64,000 nucleotides of DNA. It comes from Polyangiales bacterium. GTDB taxonomy: Bacteria; Myxococcota_A; Polyangia; Polyangiales; Ga0077539. The stretch lies in contig JBGARZ010000023.1 in NCBI GenBank assembly GCA_044229975.1, forward strand, positions 64,001 to 128,000. The letters run 5' to 3'. The notes beneath the pieces were generated by a model, which worked only from the letters and a program-made list of their open reading frames with translations, made no database searches and was not told where the DNA came from. Below are positions 50,418-59,590 of the stretch, in pieces; positions within the stretch are counted from its first letter, which is position 1; each line of letters opens with the position of its first letter. The translations under genes and the position numbers were made by a program.

Positions 50418-51341
50418 ATGAACCAGATTCCGAACCTCCAGAACGAAGAAGCGCAGCTCAAGCTACGGCGGGCCTGCAAACGCTTCTATACGCTCGCCAC
50501 CTGGGTGATGGCGTCCCAGCTTGTTCTCACACTGGGCCTTCCGCTCGTAGGGGCGACCCTCACGATCTTCTGCCCCGCGGTGAGCGCCTATGTGGCTTCG
50601 GTCTCGCTCGTGGTGCTCGTGCTCGACGTCCTCGTGCTTGACCGTCAGCACAAGTTGCTGATGAAGCGCGCCGCGAAGATCGCCGAGCAGTTCGACTGCG
50701 CCGTTTTGGATCTGCCTTGGGACCAGTTCATCGTCGGGGACAGAGTCGAAGCGGAGGACGTCCACAGGGCAGCAACGGACTTTGCGGCATCTCACGACGA
50801 CGCGGAGCTTCGAGGGTGGTACCCCGAGGCCGTGGGGGCTGCGCCTATGCACCTTGCACGCATCATCTGTCAGCGCTCCAACCTTCGCTACGACAGCAAG
50901 CTGCGGCGCAGCTACGGCACAGCGATCGTTGCTGTCGTCGTGGTCGTGCTGATCGCCCTATTTGCCTCCGGCTTGGCGCGCGGACTCTCGCTGACCGCCT
51001 GGGTGTTGAGCATGGTTCCAGCCTCGTCCATGCTCGCCTGGGCGGTCCGCGAGTACTACCGCCAGCGCGACACCGCCGACTTCTTGGAAGACCTGATGAA
51101 GGAAGCCAAGAAGCTGTGGGGGCAGGCGCTCGGAGGCTCCTGCGACGCCGAGGGCTGTCGGCAGAAGTCGCGCGAGTTCCAGAACGCCATCTACGCGCGT
51201 CGAGCCACAAGCCCGCTCGTCATGCCGTTCCTCTACCGCCTTCAGCGCGCGAGGCTGGAAGACGAGATGAAAGAAGGCGCGGCAGCTTGGCTGCGCGAAC
51301 TCAACGAGACATCCGTGGCCTCCGATCTCGGGGGCCGATAG
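50418..51341 (+). CDS. S-4TM (SMODS-associated 4TM) pore-forming CBASS effector
   Basis: IPNLQN, two TM hairpins, EQFDCAVLDLPW, LRGWY, ICQRSNLRYD, R...PLVM. Directly after the CD-NTase. Confidence 0.85.
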   Translation: MNQIPNLQNEEAQLKLRRACKRFYTLATWVMASQLVLTLGLPLVGATLTIFCPAVSAYVASVSLVVLVLDVLVLDRQHKLLMKRAAKIAEQFDCAVLDLPWDQFIVGDRVEAEDVHRAATDFAASHDDAELRGWYPEAVGAAPMHLARIICQRSNLRYDSKLRRSYGTAIVAVVVVVLIALFASGLARGLSLTAWVLSMVPASSMLAWAVREYYRQRDTADFLEDLMKEAKKLWGQALGGSCDAEGCRQKSREFQNAIYARRATSPLVMPFLYRLQRARLEDEMKEGAAAWLRELNETSVASDLGGR

Positions 51342-51803
51342 GTACGGTCGCTCACTGCAGCGTACTCGTTTCTTGGATAGGATCGACCGTACCCAGTGCG
51401 CGATCCCCATGCCAACGATGCCATTGCGCTGCTTGCGAGCGCCCGCGCCCCGTAGTGGACGCCGCGCCCGACGTGGCCGTCATCGCGCCAACCGACGGCC
51501 GCCGACGCGCTCGATCGCATGCGGGCTCTGGAAGCCCGCTTCCTCGGTCTCCATGGCGACGCCGGCCTTGCCACCGTTCACTCCGGCGTCGAGTGGCTCC
51601 CCGGGCTCAACTGACCGACACGCGCGACCGCGAACTCGACGAGGTCTTCACCGCCTCGCCCCCTGCCCCCTGCCCCCGCGCCGTCTTCCTCGCGCTCTGC
51701 CGTCGGTACATCCAACGCCGGGTGGCAAAGAAGTGCGCCCTACGACCGTAGGGGCGCCCGTGCGGGGTTTCGGGCCGGAGGCTGCGTGGTACGTTCCGAC
51801 CCG

Positions 51804-53003
51804 GTGCAGATCCGCGCGCTGAACGTGAGCAACTTCCGCAGCCTTGGTTACGACGTGCGGATCGAGTTCCCCCGTGAGGGCACCCGGCTGATCGTACTCG
51901 CGGGGGGCAACGGCGCGGGTAAGAGCAACGTCCTCGACGCCTTCGAGTTCGTGGGTGACGTGACCCGCGTCGGCATCGACGTCGCCATGACGGCGCGTGG
52001 TGGCGAGGGCTCGGTGCTCCGCGAAGGCAGTGATTATCTCGAGCTGGCGGTCGAGTTTGAGTACGGAGAGGGCCGCCTCGTCTGGGGCATTGGATTCTCC
52101 AGACACGACACGCTGTGGGGGCGCGGCTGGGAGTGGGGGTACGCGGTGCCGACGCGCTCCCTCCCCGGCTACGACGCCGCGCTTCAGGCGGCGCTGGGCG
52201 GCGAAGGCGTGCGGACCAGAGAGCTCGGACGCGCGGGGGTGCTTCACGACCTTCCCGATCGGGGGAGCTTCGCGGAGGCCGCGTGGGAGGAGGGCAACCT
52301 TTCCGGGACGCAGAGCGGTGGCCTCGCCGAGCACGCGCGTACCAACGTTCGCTGGCGGGCCGTGAGGGAGCACCTCGCTGCGTGGCGCACGTACGTGCTG
52401 CCGATCGAGACGATCCGCGACCCGAGGTCGTCGGGGGTGGAGCGGGTGATGGTGCGTGACGGGGGGAACTGGCCGTCCGTGCTCCGGTCGCTGGACCCGG
52501 CGGGGCCGGGTCTGGAGCTGCGGGCCGCCCTCTGCCGTTTGGTGCCCGACCTGACCGACTACGACGTGCTCGACGCCGGAGGTCGCAACATCGCGCGGTT
52601 CCAGCACCGCGGTGCCGGGGGCGACCTCTGGCGGGCCGCGCCGCTGGAGTCGGACGGGACCCTGCGCGCTGCGGCCCTCCTCACGGCAACACTGCAGCGC
52701 CCCCTGCCCGTGCTCCTCGGCGTCGAGGAGCCCGAGACGGCCATCCACGTCCGGGCCCTGGGCGTGATCGCGGACTTCCTCCTGGACGCCGCCGACCACG
52801 CACAGGTCGTCCTCACGACCCAGAGCCCCGACCTGCTGGATCTCCTCCCGCCGGACGCCGTCCGGGTCGTGACGCGCGACGAGCGCGGGACCACGGTTCA
52901 CCCGCTCGACCCCGTGCAGCGGGCCGTCCTCCAAGCGGGTGGCGGGACCGGCGCCCTGCTCCGCGAACAGGGCCTGATCGCTGCCGAGGCGGCCCGTGGG
53001 TAG
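51804..53003 (+). CDS. AAA_21/ABC-type ATPase
   Basis: VSNFRSL, GGNGAGKSN, ESDGT signature, GVEEPETAIH, TTQSP. Confidence 0.85.
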   Translation: MQIRALNVSNFRSLGYDVRIEFPREGTRLIVLAGGNGAGKSNVLDAFEFVGDVTRVGIDVAMTARGGEGSVLREGSDYLELAVEFEYGEGRLVWGIGFSRHDTLWGRGWEWGYAVPTRSLPGYDAALQAALGGEGVRTRELGRAGVLHDLPDRGSFAEAAWEEGNLSGTQSGGLAEHARTNVRWRAVREHLAAWRTYVLPIETIRDPRSSGVERVMVRDGGNWPSVLRSLDPAGPGLELRAALCRLVPDLTDYDVLDAGGRNIARFQHRGAGGDLWRAAPLESDGTLRAAALLTATLQRPLPVLLGVEEPETAIHVRALGVIADFLLDAADHAQVVLTTQSPDLLDLLPPDAVRVVTRDERGTTVHPLDPVQRAVLQAGGGTGALLREQGLIAAEAARG

Positions 53004-53646
53004 GGGGTATGTCGTCATCGAAGGCCATGGGGAGGACGCGGCGATCCTCAACCTACTCGTCCGCCTGGCTGATGATCTCGGCCTCCCCAGGGTCGTCTGG
53101 GCGCCCCCCATCCGCCGCAACGCGCTGCATCGCGAAGCGGCCACGCTCGCCCTCTGCGACGACCTGCGTCGGCGGCCCGACTGCGAGCGGGCGCTGTTGC
53201 TCAGAGACGATGAAGACGGCTGCCCCCGTAAAACGGGGCCCGAGGTCGCGTCATGGGTAGTCCAGGCGGCGCTCCCGTTCCCCACAGCGGTGGTGCTGTT
53301 CTACCGCGAGTACGAGACGCTGTTCCTGCCCTGCGCGAGCGCGATGGCGGGGAAGCCGCTGCGCGACCTGAGCGGCGCTGAGCGCCCGGGATTGCCGCTG
53401 GGGGCTACGTGGCAGGGCGACCCGGAGGCGAAGCGGGACGCCAAGGGGGCCATCTCCGCGCTACTCGGCCGCCGCTATAAGGCGACCATCGACCAGCTCG
53501 CACTGACACGGTTGCTCGACTTCGAGGCGCTCCGCCGGTCGGGCCTCCCATGCTTCGGGACGTTGGAGCGCGCCCTGAGTTGGCTGGCGTACGCCAAGGA
53601 GCCTGGCGTCTATCCGCCACCGCCGCGTGTCGCAATCGAATCCTGA
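52996..53646 (+). CDS. DUF4276-like (TOPRIM-like) partner of the ATPase
   Basis: VIEGHGED, LLRDDEDGCP, REYETLFL, PEAKRDAK, Y...DQ. Overlaps the ATPase stop. Confidence 0.75.
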   Translation: MGRGYVVIEGHGEDAAILNLLVRLADDLGLPRVVWAPPIRRNALHREAATLALCDDLRRRPDCERALLLRDDEDGCPRKTGPEVASWVVQAALPFPTAVVLFYREYETLFLPCASAMAGKPLRDLSGAERPGLPLGATWQGDPEAKRDAKGAISALLGRRYKATIDQLALTRLLDFEALRRSGLPCFGTLERALSWLAYAKEPGVYPPPPRVAIES

Positions 53647-53993
53647 GCGCCTGCTCCCCACTTCAGCGTGCCCGCCGAGCAGGTCTCGTCGGGGTGGAGC
53701 TCGCCGAGCTCCGCGAGGGACAATGCCGCTTCCCGGTGGCGTTGCGCATCGAGCCCGAGCGGGCGGTGGACGCCGAGGCTATGGGCGGCCTGTGGCATCA
53801 ACGACCGCTGAGTGGGTCAGGACGAGCCCGGCAAAGCTCGCCAACGGTCATGGGAAGACCTCAGCCAACACGGGGGCTGAGTAATAATGCCCGGACCCCT
53901 TGTGTTGCCTGCCAAGCACCTTATGGTGGGCGGCCGAGTTTTCTCACGGGGGCCTACACCTCCACCAACGTCGCTTCCTTGCCAGGGTCACGG

Positions 53994-54815
53994 ATGAACA
54001 ATCAAGGCTTCTTTTGGGTGGATGTCGTGCGGGAAATTGGTCGCGGCGGCCTTGGGGTCGTGGAAGAAGTCCAAGTTTCACGCTCTACCTGCGAATATCC
54101 GGTTGGCTTGCGGCTGGCGCGAAAGAAGCTGGGGCCGAAGTGGGCGGCGGACCCGGGCGCGACTGAGCGGTTTGAACGAGAGATTTCGATGCTCTCCACA
54201 ATGAGCCACCCGACAATCGTCCCCTTCCGCGGACGGAACGTCAATGGTGAGCGCACGTACTTCATGCCGCTGTACAACAACAGCCTCCGGCAGGCCATTC
54301 TGGCCATGAACAACGTCGGCTTGCCCCTTCGCACTGTCATCTCGATCGGCCTGAACCTGGCGAGCGCGCTCGAATACGCGCACGCGTGCAACTACGTCCA
54401 CCGTGACTTGAAGCCCGAGAACATCCTTGTCGCCTCCAACGGCGACTACGTGATCGCGGACTGGGGGCTCGGCCAGTTCATCCATAAGGAATCGAAGGTG
54501 TTCGACCTCACGCGGGGGGCCGGGTTGGGAACTCCGCTCTACTGCCCGCTGGAGCAGTGGGCCAACGGCGAATGTGGGGCGCCTGGGGACATCTACTCTC
54601 TCGGCTTGGTCATGGCGGAGCTCGCTCTCGGTCGTGGGGAGTTGATCACCCAGACGGGCGCTGGCCTGCCGAGAGGCGCCTTCGGTGCGGTTGCGATGCC
54701 CCTGGCCGAGTTTGACCGCATCCTCGCGAAGATGACAGCGATGTTCGCGAAGGATCGCTACCAGAGCATTGCGGGGTTGCGTGCGGATCTCTCGGCCCTG
54801 CAGCCGCTCTGCTGA
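53994..54815 (+). CDS. Stand-alone Hanks-type Ser/Thr protein kinase
   Basis: IGRGGLGVV, ARK, RFERE, HRDLKPEN, DWG (DFG variant), GTPLYCPLE, DIYSLG. No extra domains. Confidence 0.88.
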   Translation: MNNQGFFWVDVVREIGRGGLGVVEEVQVSRSTCEYPVGLRLARKKLGPKWAADPGATERFEREISMLSTMSHPTIVPFRGRNVNGERTYFMPLYNNSLRQAILAMNNVGLPLRTVISIGLNLASALEYAHACNYVHRDLKPENILVASNGDYVIADWGLGQFIHKESKVFDLTRGAGLGTPLYCPLEQWANGECGAPGDIYSLGLVMAELALGRGELITQTGAGLPRGAFGAVAMPLAEFDRILAKMTAMFAKDRYQSIAGLRADLSALQPLC

Positions 54816-54910
54816 CACGGCTCTGAAAAATTCGAAGGCCACGTTGGCTTTCGGACTACTTAGTGGCGGCGACGGGGCTTCCGAAATTCGGCCAGAAGGA
54901 AGATGGAACG

Positions 54911-55189
54911 ATGTCAATCTACTATGTTTCGGCGATCAAAAAGACGTCGTCGGGTGGCATCGATCAACTCCAAACCGCCCTGCTGGACACTATGGCAAAC
55001 CGTCTGGGGCAGTGGCAGTGGGTTGCCGTCCAAGTGGTGAAAAAATCCATTGTCGATGGACATCAGTTCTTCACGAGCAAGCAGACCCCCGAGGGATGGG
55101 TGCGCGGCGCGCTCGTCGAGATCCACCTGACTACCCATGCCGACAAGGACATTGCTGACAACCTTCGCAGCTTGCCCGTCGTTCCATAG
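54911..55189 (+). CDS. DUF3892-like small protein
   Basis: YYVSAIK, V...I..G..FFT, HLTTHADKDIADNLRSLP. Confidence 0.7.
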   Translation: MSIYYVSAIKKTSSGGIDQLQTALLDTMANRLGQWQWVAVQVVKKSIVDGHQFFTSKQTPEGWVRGALVEIHLTTHADKDIADNLRSLPVVP

Positions 55190-55345
55190 CGCCTGACGTT
55201 GCGCCCTGGCGATCTACGCTAAGCTACCCGTCGAAAACACTTCCTCCACTCGCTCCAACGCTCTGTCTGCTAGGCGTTTGCGTGCGGAGGCGTGGGCATG
55301 AGACGCGTGGTTTGGCGTCCCGACCTGGGAAACCCGGCCACTTCG

Positions 55346-56248
55346 TTACGAAGCCGACCGACCGCCGAAGCGCTGGGCCAACGGTTGGAGCACATCGGCC
55401 AGGAACTGCTGGCCCGTCGCGCGAAGGTTCTCCATCGTGACGCCCTTGCCGGCGAGCAGCCCCACGTCTACGGCGTAATGCGCTTCATCGAGGGCGAGGT
55501 CGTCCTCGAGCAGCGCCCGAAGCCCGTCCCCGGCGGAGAGACTCAACCGAGAAGACTCCTCTGGAAACCTCTCCCGAAGTGCCTCTCCCCAGCTCTGCAC
55601 CCACGCCTCCGTGCCGCGGCGGCTCGTGAGCCACGCCAGCGCGAGCACGCGCCCGAGATCCTTCGCGGACCGCAGGATGGTCCGGTTCCCGATCGGGCTG
55701 CTCATCTTCTTCGTACCGATTTTCGGGTGGGCCAGCAGGTTCGCGAGGGCCAGCATTTCGGGCGCCGCGTAGTGCAGGCCGTTCTCCGCCTGCTTCCAGT
55801 CGCGCCCGGTCAGGCCAAGGTAGCGGAAGCTCGGGAGGCAGTACCAACCGTCGCTCAACTGGAACGGGATCCACCTCACGGCCTCCTTCTGCCCGACGTC
55901 CGGGAAGGCGAGGAGCTCGATGAAGTACGCTTCCGTGCTGGGCGGGTTCAGGCGGATCGCCCGCAGCTCGGTGTCCGGCTCGGGCCGCTCCCTGGGGCTG
56001 CAATCGTCCCGGCGCCTCCAGCCGTCCGAGAGCAGCTGGGTTGCGATGGCTTGGCACTCCGTCAAGGCGCCGGCCGGGTGGATCACGCAGTCGGCGTCCT
56101 TGGTGGCGATGCCGTCGCGGTGGATGGCGTCGCGGAAGTGGTAGGCGGCCGCGAGGCTGCCGACCACGAGGACGTGGGGCCGGAGCTCGTCGGGCAAATC
56201 GTGGGCGATCATCTCGAAGAGCATCCGGGGGTCGAGGCGGTCAGACAT
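55346..56248 (-). CDS. Nucleotidyltransferase-fold protein (AbiEii-like toxin)
   Basis: VVGSLAA...TKDAD (Pol-beta NTase motif), IELL, KDLGR. Confidence 0.65.
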   Translation of the reverse strand: MSDRLDPRMLFEMIAHDLPDELRPHVLVVGSLAAAYHFRDAIHRDGIATKDADCVIHPAGALTECQAIATQLLSDGWRRRDDCSPRERPEPDTELRAIRLNPPSTEAYFIELLAFPDVGQKEAVRWIPFQLSDGWYCLPSFRYLGLTGRDWKQAENGLHYAAPEMLALANLLAHPKIGTKKMSSPIGNRTILRSAKDLGRVLALAWLTSRRGTEAWVQSWGEALRERFPEESSRLSLSAGDGLRALLEDDLALDEAHYAVDVGLLAGKGVTMENLRATGQQFLADVLQPLAQRFGGRSAS

Positions 56249-57431
56249 GGTCGTCCCTCTTGCGCCGCAGCATCTGCACGAAGTCGTCGGCCTGCTCGGT
56301 GAGCCGAAGGTCGTAAAGGTCCAGCAGGACCTCCGCCGGACTGGCTAAGGGATAGGCCTCCCGGCGCCCCGACGGCTCGTCCGGCGCAGCGCGTCGGCGG
56401 TGGTGAACGACGAGGAGCGGCGACCGCTCCTGGAGGGTCGCAGGGCGCAGCGCCGGATCGAGGCGGGCGACCCACGACGACGCGTCCTGCTCCAGCGTGG
56501 TCACGTCCACGCGCGGGAGGCCGTTCAGGTCGAAGGTCGGCACGTACTGCCGCGCGGCGGCGACCCCGCCGACCGCGACGGACACTGGCGCCTTCGTGCC
56601 GACTCGCTGGAGGAGGTCCTCCGGGTCCGGGCGACGCCCCGAGCCATCGACGTAGCGCACCGTGCCGCGAAGGTGGTCCGCCAGCACGAGGATCTCGCCC
56701 AGAGAGCCGCGCGGTAGCGAGCGGAGGCTCGCCTGGCGCGCGCTGGTCCGGGTCACCTCGTTGCGGTCCTCCAGGTGCCCTACCGTTGCCGCGACGGTCG
56801 GGGTGCTGCACCGCGAACGGCGAGCGATCTCGCTCATCAGAAGCGGCCCTTCGCGCCCGAGCCACGCGTCGAGGAGGACCATCCAGACATCGAACGCCTT
56901 CGCTGTCCACGTCATCGTCTGGAGCGCGCGCCGCTTGTTCCAGGCGTCCGGGTCGAGAGAGATCCTCGCGCGCTGCGCCAGCCACCTGAGCTCCTCGTCA
57001 TCCTGGGGGAGGGCCACTAAGCCCTCGGCCGAGAGAGCAACGAGCGCTAGGCGCTGTGACAGTTCCGGGCGGAGCGCGTCCAAGACGCGCCTCCATTCCT
57101 CTTCGATCCGTCCCAGGCTGATACGACCGACGTAGGCCACCAGGGTCATTCGCGCGAGCCCAGGCACGGCGCCGAGTTGAAGGGCGAGGTGGATCGCGGC
57201 GGCGTGGAAGTCACGAACACCGTGGAGGGCGGACTTGAGGACCAAGGCCTCCTGGCGATCAGAGCGGAGGAAGTCGTAGCCCTCATCACTCCCTCTCGGG
57301 CTGGGCTCGTAATGTTTGGAGACGGCCGACGCGAAGGCGTCGAGTCGCACTCTCAAGGGTGGGGGCGGGTCGAGAAAGTAGTGGCTACCCACAGCGCTGC
57401 AGAAAGTCGCAACTCCTTTCAAAAGTTGCAA
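56241..57431 (-). CDS. wHTH protein (AbiEi-like antitoxin); start uncertain
   Basis: MSEIARRSRCSTPTVAATVGHLE HTH, VGGVAAA, ASPAEVLLDL. Overlaps the NTase start. Confidence 0.6.
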   Translation of the reverse strand: MQLLKGVATFCSAVGSHYFLDPPPPLRVRLDAFASAVSKHYEPSPRGSDEGYDFLRSDRQEALVLKSALHGVRDFHAAAIHLALQLGAVPGLARMTLVAYVGRISLGRIEEEWRRVLDALRPELSQRLALVALSAEGLVALPQDDEELRWLAQRARISLDPDAWNKRRALQTMTWTAKAFDVWMVLLDAWLGREGPLLMSEIARRSRCSTPTVAATVGHLEDRNEVTRTSARQASLRSLPRGSLGEILVLADHLRGTVRYVDGSGRRPDPEDLLQRVGTKAPVSVAVGGVAAARQYVPTFDLNGLPRVDVTTLEQDASSWVARLDPALRPATLQERSPLLVVHHRRRAAPDEPSGRREAYPLASPAEVLLDLYDLRLTEQADDFVQMLRRKRDDHV

Positions 57432-57511
57432 CTACCTTTCGAGTTGCGACCTCTGATCGGTTCTGGAGCTAGCGCTACCCAGACGAAACCGAAACGCTCC
57501 TTTCGGTTTCG
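57405..57511. promoter_or_regulatory. Cluster of palindromes between the divergent AbiE-like and recombinase genes
   Basis: AGTCGCAACT 57405-14, AGTTGCAACT 57424-33, AGTTGCGACC 57442-51, and CGAAACCGAAA-N6-TTTCGGTTTCG 57484-57511. Confidence 0.6.
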
Positions 57512-57544
57512 CCCGACCCCCACCCCCGAGGTAGGGTCAGGCCC

Positions 57545-58432
57545 GTGGACATTCCCCCGAAGCGTGGCGGACGACCTCGGGGCAGCCGCTCTAAGGTCCG
57601 ACCGACCGTCGCCCCCTCCCCGACCGGTCGGCCGCGGACTCGGGTGGTGGGCTACGTCCGGGTGAGCACCGAGCGTCAGGCCGATGAGGGGGTTTCTCTC
57701 GACGCCCAACGAGCGAAGCTCCGCGCCCACTGCACCGCCCTCGATCTCGATCTCGTGGCCATCGAGTCTGACGAAGGAGTCAGCGCCAAGACCCTCGACC
57801 GGCCCGCCCTCCAGCGCGCCCTCGCGGCCCTCCGCGACGGCCGAGCCGACGCGCTTCTCGTGCCCAAACTCGACCGCCTCACCCGCCGTGTGGTGGACCT
57901 GGGGCATCTCATCGAGAGCTACTTCGCCGAAGGACGCTGGGCCCTGGTCTCCGTCGCCGACCAGATCGACACCCGCACCGCCGCCGGCCGCATGACCCTC
58001 TTCATCCTGATGAGCGTCGCCCAGTGGGAGCGTGAGGCGATCGGCGAGCGCACCGCTGACGCCCTCGCGCACCTGCGGGCTGAGGGTGTTCCTCTCGGCC
58101 GCCCAGCGCTGGGCTGGCGGCACACCTCGGCGACTGACCCCGTCACAGGTCGTCGCGTGCTCGCCGCCGTGGAGGGAGAACAGGCGGCCGTCGCGCGAAT
58201 CCGGGCGCTACGGACGGAGGGGTGGTCGTACGCGGCCATCGCGTGCCAGCTCGTCGCCGAGGGGCACCCCTCCCAGCGCGGGGGGCGGTGGCTGCCCAAC
58301 ACGGTGCGGCGGGTGTGGCTGCGCGGCGGGACGGAGTTGTCAGGGGACAGCGTAGGGCCGGTTGAGGTCAGGGCGGGGACACCTCCATCGTGCGGAAAGA
58401 TGGAAGGACGTCAAGAAGGAGTTCCTTCTTGA
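57545..58432 (+). CDS. Serine recombinase (resolvase family with short recombinase domain)
   Basis: GYVRVSTERQ (catalytic Ser), RPALQRAL, KLDRLTR, AQWEREAIGERT, GGRW.PNTVRR. Confidence 0.92.
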   Translation: MDIPPKRGGRPRGSRSKVRPTVAPSPTGRPRTRVVGYVRVSTERQADEGVSLDAQRAKLRAHCTALDLDLVAIESDEGVSAKTLDRPALQRALAALRDGRADALLVPKLDRLTRRVVDLGHLIESYFAEGRWALVSVADQIDTRTAAGRMTLFILMSVAQWEREAIGERTADALAHLRAEGVPLGRPALGWRHTSATDPVTGRRVLAAVEGEQAAVARIRALRTEGWSYAAIACQLVAEGHPSQRGGRWLPNTVRRVWLRGGTELSGDSVGPVEVRAGTPPSCGKMEGRQEGVPS

Positions 58433-58434
58433 CG
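58409..58434. repeat. Perfect 12-bp inverted repeat around a central GT dinucleotide
   Basis: CGTCAAGAAGGA-GT-TCCTTCTTGACG. Confidence 0.75.
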
Positions 58435-58604
58435 GCATGCCCTGGGTCCAACGAACTCCTCCCATAGCCCCCCGCCTGTGAGCTCAGCGCCATCGATCGA
58501 TGGCTCATGCGCGAGATGGGCACCCATCAGTTCCAAAGACTAGGGTGTCCAGACTGTCACGCTGTCTCGAGCTCCCTGACCCTCGCTGGCGAACGCGGGG
58601 GAGC

Positions 58605-58790
58605 TGCCGCCAGGAAACCTGCCAGCCATCTTGCTAGTTGCCATCCTCCTGCCAGTGTTCCTTGCCATGCTCCTGGCATGGACTCTTCGCCAAGCTCTTC
58701 CCTGTGCTCCCAGCCAAGCTGCTCGCCGTATTCCTAGCCGACCTCCATGCTACGCTCCGTCAAGCTCCTGTTAGCTCCTACCCAGCGCCG
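58605..58790. repeat. Degenerate array of about 12-bp period with GCCA-like cores
   Basis: GCCA/GCTA/GCCG-like cores at 58609, 58621, 58633, 58651, 58664, 58675, 58689, 58713, 58725, 58737, 58749, 58759 and 58770. Confidence 0.5.
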
Positions 58791-58805
58791 GAAGGTACCA
58801 TCCAG

Positions 58806-59474
58806 ATGCCAGCTGCTAGCACGTCGCCAACGCCGACCCCCGCTCGTGTTCGCCGCCAGCGTCCCCCGCCGGGCCCCCCCGTCGAGGTCTGGTTCTGGCG
58901 GATCCTTCCGAAGAAAGGGCGCGGCGAACACCGGACCCTCGCCGACCACGTCCAGTACGAGGGTTGGCAGGAACTCGGACGCCATCGCCCCCTCTCCGAG
59001 GGCCGCTACCGCGTCGAGTTCCGAGACGCCCGGTGCGCGATCGTTGAGGTGCGGTACATGAACGTCCCGGACCCGCGCTCTGGAGAGAAGCCGTACTTCA
59101 CGACGGGCCGACACCGGCGGTCGCAACGAAAGGTCCCGCCGGCCCGTCCAGCATGGGAGCCACGCGCCGCATCGCCCTCTACCCCCACGGCGCGCCCTGC
59201 GGCGACTCGGGCTCCCACGCCAGCTTCGGCAGCCGCCCTCCGGCCGCCCGTGACGGCCCTTCCCCAGGGCATGATGTGGCGGCTGCGGAACGGGAAGTGG
59301 GAGCATTTCAACCGTACCCAGGCCGTCCCCCCGAACTGTCACCCGGTTTGGCTCGCCGACTCGAAGCAAGTCGTCCTCGTCTACTCGACCACGGGGACAT
59401 GGCCGGGTCACGAGTGGGGCAAGCTCTCGAACGGCACGCCGGTTCTCGTTCCCCTCAAAGGATCGCGCAGGTGA
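58806..59474 (+). CDS. Hypothetical basic protein
   Basis: Two Trp-rich globular-looking segments joined by a Pro/Ala linker. No recognised family. Confidence 0.45.
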   Translation: MPAASTSPTPTPARVRRQRPPPGPPVEVWFWRILPKKGRGEHRTLADHVQYEGWQELGRHRPLSEGRYRVEFRDARCAIVEVRYMNVPDPRSGEKPYFTTGRHRRSQRKVPPARPAWEPRAASPSTPTARPAATRAPTPASAAALRPPVTALPQGMMWRLRNGKWEHFNRTQAVPPNCHPVWLADSKQVVLVYSTTGTWPGHEWGKLSNGTPVLVPLKGSRR

Positions 59475-59590
59475 TCTCGCCGCACGCCTGACCAGGCTGC
59501 GTTCGACGCCCGAAGGAATGCGCTCCGACCGTTGGCGAACCGCCGAGACTCTGCGCGCTTCTCAAAGCCCGAGGCGGAGCCATTTTCTCT

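Noticed and set aside
51373..51800. ORFs between the CBASS effector and the AAA ATPase
   Set aside because: No motifs and inconsistent codon bias. Likely intergenic or decayed sequence.
53650..53810. Minus-strand LMPQAAHSLGVHRP... faintly resembling a lytic transglycosylase segment
   Set aside because: Short and lacks the catalytic motifs. It cannot be supported without a search.
58605..58790. Possible CRISPR array
   Set aside because: Units are about 12 bp and degenerate, with no unique spacers. No cas genes and no repeat-spacer array were seen anywhere in the window.
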